Source: the human T2T-CHM13v2.0 reference genome, Homo sapiens
Direction: 5' to 3' (one strand)
NCBI RefSeq assembly: GCF_009914755.1
Contig: NC_060928.1
DNA: 64,000 bases
The first letter of the stretch is position 1, and every line of letters begins with the position of its first letter. The notes under the pieces were generated by a model. That model did not search any database, was not told where the DNA came from, and saw only the letters and a program-made list of their open reading frames with translations. Below are positions 57,823 to 64,000 of the stretch, piece after piece. The translations under genes and the position numbers were made by a program.

Positions 57823-58116
57823 TGCCAGGCATGGTGGCTGATGCCTGTAATCCCAGCACTTTTGGAGGCTGAGCCTGACCATTTGAAATCAGGAGTTCGA
57901 GACCAGCCCGGCCAACATGGTGAAACTCTGCCTCTACTAAAAATTCAAAAAAAATTAGCCAGGTGTTGTGGTGTACACCTATAATCCCAGCTACGAGGGA
58001 GGCTGAGGCAGGAGAATCACTTGAACCCCAGGAAGCAGAGATTGCGATGAACTGAGATCACACCACTGCACTCCAGCCTGGGCAATAGAGTGAGACTCCA
58101 TCTCAAAAAAATAAAT
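57823..58116 (+). mobile_element. AluS (Sz/Sx-like)
   Basis: Dimeric Alu; TSD aaagtcacaatat at 57810-57822 and 58117-58129. Confidence 0.95.
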
Positions 58117-58721
58117 AAAGTCACAATATGAGTAATAACACAATAATCTGAATTCTATCAGCAGAATCTAAATTTAAATCTTTCTTTTAGAATTAAGAAA
58201 TATCCAAAATATCTCATATATGTTCACAGTCTGAGCCACCCTTCCTGTTATTCCTGACAATGATAGCCTCAAAGGAGGAAGTAGTTAACTTTTTGCAGAG
58301 ATTTCCACTGAAATTATGGAAAAAGAGGAACTCAATGTGGAGAAGGGATATTTCTTTATATAGTCAAAGAAGGTAAGATACGAAACATGAACAAATATTC
58401 CAGAATCTCTGGAACATGGAGTATGTAGTGTAAAGAAGAATATGAGGAAATGATGGGCAGAGGCGGATTACACATAATCTCATAAACTTTGCCAAAGAGC
58501 CATTGAAGGGTTTTAAGTAGAAGGTTAAGATGAACAGATTTGTGATTTAGAAACAGGATAGAAACTGAAGTAAACTGTCTATTAATTTACTAAAATGGTG
58601 AAAATTCTTGAGGGAAAAAAAGTGAAATAATACAAAGGACAGTGAATATGAATAAAAGGGAATGGATATGGAAACACGCCATCTAGGTCAAACTGACAGT
58701 CTTCAGTGAGAAACCAGATTT

Positions 58722-58965
58722 TCTTTCATTCATGTATTCAAAGGATATTTCTTGAGCACCTACTATGTCTCTGGCATGGCTCTAGATGCAGCCACAGAGA
58801 AGACGAAGTCTTTGCCTTGTGATGCTTGCATTCCAGTGCAGGAAGCAAAAAATAAGTAAATCTATAATCATACATTAGATAATAATAAATGCAATGAAGA
58901 AAAATAAAGCAGGATAAGGTATGTTGAAGGGGTTGTGGGTTCATGGGATATGGAATAGAGGAGAG
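58722..58965 (-). mobile_element. L2a 3' end (further L2 pieces near 58330-58700 and 59460-59965)
   Basis: ttcattcatgtattcaaaggatatttcttgagcacctactatgt...tgaagaaaaataaagcagg. Confidence 0.8.
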
Positions 58966-59456
58966 TGTGGGAAGAAGAATTATGGCCCCTCAGAGATGTC
59001 CAAGTCCTAAACCCCAGAACCTGTGAATATGTTATGTCACATGACAAAGATAAGTTAAGGATGTAGGTGGAATTAAGGAAGATGATCACCTGAACTTAAA
59101 ATAGCATGGTTACTCTGAATTATCTGGGTGAGCCCAATTAATCACAAGTTTATACTTAAAAGTAGGAGAGGAAATCCGAAGAAACAGAGACGGCAGTCTG
59201 AAAAGGACTCGGCTTGATGTTGAAGACTTTGAAGGTGGAAGAAAGGCCATGAACCAAGGAATGTGGGCGGCCTCCAGCTGGCAAAGAAATAGATTCCCCC
59301 AGAGCCTCCAGAAAGGAACACAGCCCTGCCGACACCTTATGTTAGCCCAGTTAGAAACGTGTCAGACTTCTGACCTCCAAACTGTACATAATAAATTTGT
59401 ACTGTTTAAGCTACTACAATTGTGGTGATATGTGATAGCAATAGGAAACGAGTACA
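58966..59456 (+). mobile_element. MLT1D solo LTR
   Basis: tgtgg...atggcccctcagagatgtcc...gagcctccagaaaggaacacagccctgccgacacc...gcaataggaaacgagtaca; TSD gagag/gggag. Confidence 0.9.
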
Positions 59457-59975
59457 GGGAGACAGGGCTTCATCACTGAATGGTCACCTGAATGATGAGT
59501 GGTGTTGTTATTTTAGGCAGAGGAAATAAAAAGTTTACTTATTTGTTATTGAGGGTGGATATTTCAGAAAAAATAATGAGTTTAAATCTGAAATTCTCAA
59601 GTGTCAGACACCAATACGGACATTTAGAAGGAAATGTTTAGGATATAGTTGGAAGAAATGTCAGAAAAAATAGGACACTAGATTGGGAAGTTTTGCATTA
59701 TTTTTAACCAATTTGAATGTGGTGGTAGAAGCCATAAGCAAGTATGAGATTGCCAGGGAGTGTTGTAGTAGCATGAGAAGTAAGAATTCCTGGGGCTGAG
59801 ACCTTGACAATACTCACAGTAAAGAGAAGTTGGGGAAACAGTGACCTGCAGAGGAAACTCATCTATATCTATCAAGATATATCTAACTCCACATCAGATC
59901 TCACTCTTGAGTCCAGACCCACATTTACAACAGCTGAGGGACAACTTCCCCACATATGGATGCCACATATGCCAT

Positions 59976-60336
59976 TTCTTATGGACTGAATGTCTGTCTC
60001 CCCCTCAAATGTATATGTTGAAACTTTAACCCCCAATGTCATGGTATTTGGAGTGGGATCTTTGGGAGGTACTTAGGGTTAAATGAGGGTGATGCCCTCA
60101 TGATGAGATTAATGCCATTGTAAAAAGGAGACACCAGAGAGCTTGGTGTCTCTCTTTTTCTCCACATGTACTCAATGAGGGAAGGCCACGTGAGGATACA
60201 CAGAGAAGGCAGCCATCAGAAAGCGAAGAAAAAAGCCCTCATCAGACACTGATCAGGGACTTCTGGCCTTCAGAACTGTAAGAAAATAAATCTCTGTTGT
60301 TTAAGCCACAAACTCTATGGTGCTTTGTTATGACAG
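59976..60336 (+). mobile_element. MLT1A/A0 LTR, 3' terminus missing
   Basis: tatggactgaatgt...ccccaatgt...cagaactgtaagaaaataaatctctgttgtttaagccac; stops at tttgttatgacag. Confidence 0.88.
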
Positions 60337-60379
60337 TGTTATAATTAAAAATAATGAGTTTAAATCTGAAATTCTCAAG

Positions 60380-62303
60380 TGTGTTCCCACTCTGGTATGA
60401 CACAGTTATTTTCCTGTTGTGCCAAACAAGTGCTTTGCCCTAGTATTGCAGACTTTTCACTCCGTGAATGTTTTGGTTATTCTTTTCTATAAAAATAAGA
60501 AAATAAAAACTTTGAAAAGTTCACTGAATTAGGTAACAACTTTTACCAGATTTTATTTCTATTATTGTTTAGCTATCAAAACACAAGCTTTAAGAAATCT
60601 GGACACTTCATGAGCCAAGTCACATAAGCATAAACATTGACTGTTCATGTATATAGGTACCAACATACACATGAATCTAAAAATGTACTTTGAATTGATT
60701 CTGGAGCACTTTTTGAAGTTCAATAAATGCCTTAGAATCAGCTGGAAGTCCACAAATGGTAATAGTATTTAGCTCATTTCAATAGAAATTATCTCATTAA
60801 CATGCCAGCTGCTAAAAATGTATGAGCCCAGCCATGTCCTTTGCCTGCCTCAAGGAAAGAAACCATGCTTGCACGGTTTTGGTTAAAAAAAAAAAATCCT
60901 TGTTTAAATTGTTAACAGTTGCTCCAGCGTGGCCCATGGCAAGAAATTTAACCTTCTCTCCCTCCCTCCTATATGAGCATTTCCATACCCTTCAGCTAGC
61001 TTTTATATTGTCAATGCAAAACAAATTTTCTGACTGCATGTTAAACTATTTAAACCAGCTTTAGCAATAGACACCCTCCTCGGTGTAGTGTCATAGTTTT
61101 AAACCTAAACCTCAGAACACAGAAGACCCAAGTCTTCTGTAAAATGATCAAAAGTCTTAAAAGTAATGAGCAATATGAGTGATAAGATCAAAATAGATAT
61201 TCAGTAAAAGGATCACCTAGCATTAACTAAGCAACTCTTTTAGATTATCTGCTCTATAAATATTTAATTAAGTTAAATGGAAACTTTTCAAATAATTTTC
61301 TTTTCACAGTTATAAGGTTTCCTTTAAGGTAGATGTCTTAAGGGACAGGCTTTATTTCTGTATTTGGTCACTCAGAACACTGGGATGTTTTGAAAAATAT
61401 CCTATAGAAGCTGCCTTGAATTAAAGCAATTTCAACAAATGTAGTTTATACCAGAATTATAATTAATAACAAATATTTCCTAAAATTGTGACCAAATGGA
61501 ATATTGAGATCTGCATTATTATAACCTAAGTGAATTAAATTTTAAGTTTTTAGAACTGCTCATTCAGTACCAACATTGTTTATTTTGAGTCATTCTCTAA
61601 GCTCATATTACAAAAATATAAAATCTAAATTAGAGAGAACACAAAGTAAGAGAAAGAATATTTTAACTCTCATCTATTGATGGATATTAACAGAAGCAGA
61701 AGTGGGTACAGTTAAACATCCCACTGACAGAAAGAGGTGCTTTGTTTTTTTTAAGGAGCAGCACCTAACAGCGGAGAAACTATTAGAGAAAGAAAATGTT
61801 TATATCCTGGTTTTTCTGCTAACTGGCAATGTTACCTTGAGCAAAATACTTAACTTTTCTTCAAGTTCCTAACTTCTCTAATATGTATAGTAATGTCAGT
61901 GATGAGAATGCCATCAGATAGTTTATATAAAAAGCATTTGGAAAAGAAAAAAGCATAAGCTAGTATTACCAAAAGCAGAATAGATAAGTGCTTTGACAAA
62001 TTCACTGTTTCACTCCAAAAATGTAATCACCACCTGATAATAATGCTGCTTTCAGATTTAGAAACTAGAGAAGAGCTGCATGTATTCCCACTCTGGTATG
62101 ATGCAGTTATTTTCCTGTTGTGCCAAACAAGTGCTTTGCCCTAGTATTGCAGACTTTTCACTCTGTGAATGTTTTGGTTATTCTTTTCCATAAAAATAAG
62201 AAAATAAAAACTTTGAAAAGTTCACTGAATTAGGTAACAACTTTTACCAGATTTTATTTCTATTATTGTTTAGCTATCAAAACACAAGTTTTAAGAAATC
62301 TGG
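60380..62303 (+). repeat. 223-bp dispersed direct repeat (60380-60602 and 62081-62303)
   Basis: Ungapped alignment by eye, 6 mismatches in 223 bp. Confidence 0.97.
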
Positions 62304-62635
62304 TTAACATTTCAAAATACCGTATAAAACTGCTTTTGCTTTTTCTTGGAAAAACCGACTGCGAGTACATCTGAAACCTTCTTGACAAGTTCTCTGAAAG
62401 CAATTAGTGGCTTTCTTTTCTTAGTTATAATGTGAGGTTTCACAGAAACTTTTCAAGTCTCCTGCTCCTGTCTTTTTTCTAATGCTTTAAATCCAAATGG
62501 CAAGTAGCCAGATTGCACAGAGCTATTGAATGCAGAAAACAGGAATCTCTTCACATCTACAAACCAGCTCTGCCACTTCTGCTCCAGGCACCAAGGAATA
62601 AAAAGAGAGAGAAACAGGAAATGTAGAAGAACGGG

Positions 62636-63725
62636 ACCTTAGGTTAAGCTAAGACTCCTTGAGTACTGCACCAAAAGTAAGATCTATCAAAACAAAATTG
62701 AGAAATTGGACTTCATCAAAATTAAAAACCCCCTCTTTTAAAAATGCCATTAAGAGAGTGAAATGCCACAGATTAGGAAGACAAGATTTGCAAATCATAT
62801 ATTTGATAAAGGATGAACTTAAAGGATACATAAAGAAATCTCAAAACTCAATAAGAAAAAAATTTTAATGGGCAAAATATTTGAACAGACACCTCCCCCA
62901 AAGAATTCATGCTGACTGCAAATAAACAGATGAAAAGATGTTCAACATCATTAGTCATTAAGGAAATGAAAATTAAAACTGCATTGAGGTACCATGACAC
63001 ACCTATTAAGATGAATAAAATTTTAAAACTTACCATATCTAATGTCTATAAGAATGTGGAAGAACTAGAACCTTATACACTGCTGATGGAAATGTAAAAC
63101 AGCGCAACCGCTTTGGAAAACAGGTAGACAGTTTCTTAAATAAATAAGAGTCAGCCATTTTACTCCTAGATATTTACCCAAGAGAAATAAAAGCAACTGT
63201 CCATGCAAAGTATTGTACTTGAATGTTCATAGCAGTTTTATTTGTAATAGTAAAAAAAAAATGGAAAAAATCCAAATACCATCAAAATGTGAATGAAAAA
63301 ACAAATGGTCCTTTATCCATGTAACAGGCTACTGCTCTACAATACAAAAGAATGAACTGTTGGCACATAATCATATGGATGAATCTCAAAATAAGTGTAA
63401 TAAGTTAAAGAAACTAGACAAAAAAGAAGACATTTTATATGATCCTAATTAGATAAAATTCTAGAAAATGCAAAGTAATCTATAGGAACAAAAAGCAGCT
63501 GAGTGGTTGCCTGGGAAAAGGGAAAGAGAGTGAGAAAGATGGGGTGTAACAGGAAGAAAGGATTACAACAAGGCATAAGAAAACCTTTGGGAGTGATGAA
63601 TATGTTAATTATCTTACTTGTGATATTTCATGGATAGATACATAACCTTATCAATTTTACACTTTACATATATGCAGTATAATGTATGTCACTTATATTT
63701 CAATAAAGTTGTACTTTAAAAAGGA
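62636..63725 (+). mobile_element. L1MC/MD-type ORF2 3' end and 3' UTR
   Basis: aattggacttcatcaaaattaaaaac; ANKQMKRCSTSLVIKEMKIKTALRYH; ends caataaagttg. Confidence 0.88.
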
Positions 63726-63799
63726 AAGAAAAGGAAAACTCTCTCCAAAGACAATGTTAGGGTACCATATAAGAAGAAATAAACCAAGTTGTCTGCTCT

Positions 63800-63890
63800 T
63801 GACACACACTGAATTTCCTTTTCCTTCTCATATTATCTGCAAATTTATGAACTATCAATGAAACTATGTAGTCTTCATCAATAATATACA
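63800..63890 (-). mobile_element. Probable CR1/L3 reverse-transcriptase remnant
   Basis: Minus-strand IIDEDYIVSLIVHKFADN (63832-63885) resembles the CR1 RT segment ending KFADD. Confidence 0.45.
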
Positions 63891-64000
63891 TGCAAAAGGC
63901 AGCAAAACAATTAGCCACTCTTCTCCCTACTTGCCCAGAGAATAACAATGTCTAATGAGCAGCAAAGCATACAGATTTGATTTCCAATGTTTCCCTTCTC

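Overview
AT-rich, CpG-poor primate genomic DNA, almost certainly human because it carries a consensus AluYb8 (human-specific subfamily) at 46394-46709. I recognise no host protein-coding exon, RNA gene or CRISPR array; the window reads as intergenic or deep-intronic sequence dominated by transposon relics. These include L1 of many ages, L2, MIR, Alus, a complete THE1A provirus, solo MSTA/MLT1 LTRs, Tigger1, Tigger3 and MER44. The only long ORF (3296-4864) is the C-terminal part of LINE-1 ORF2p in a 5'-inverted, truncated L1PA. I did not find a convincing new biological system. The most notable signals are structural. (1) An L1 3' transduction under one TSD (19086-19404). (2) A compound Alu-unique-Alu insertion under one TSD, possibly an Alu read-through transduction (30926-31515). 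(3) A two-template stitched insertion (60347-60602). (4) A 28/29-bp inverted repeat 651 bp apart in unique DNA (17612-18320). (5) An L2-tail hairpin with perfect 27-bp arms (50163-50231). (6) A fold-back in an Alu tail that seeded a minisatellite (51655-51781). (7) A candidate recursive splice site (14729-14780) and a candidate regulatory element (42520-42980). Subfamily names come from recalled consensus sequences and were matched by eye; boundaries of old repeats are approximate.
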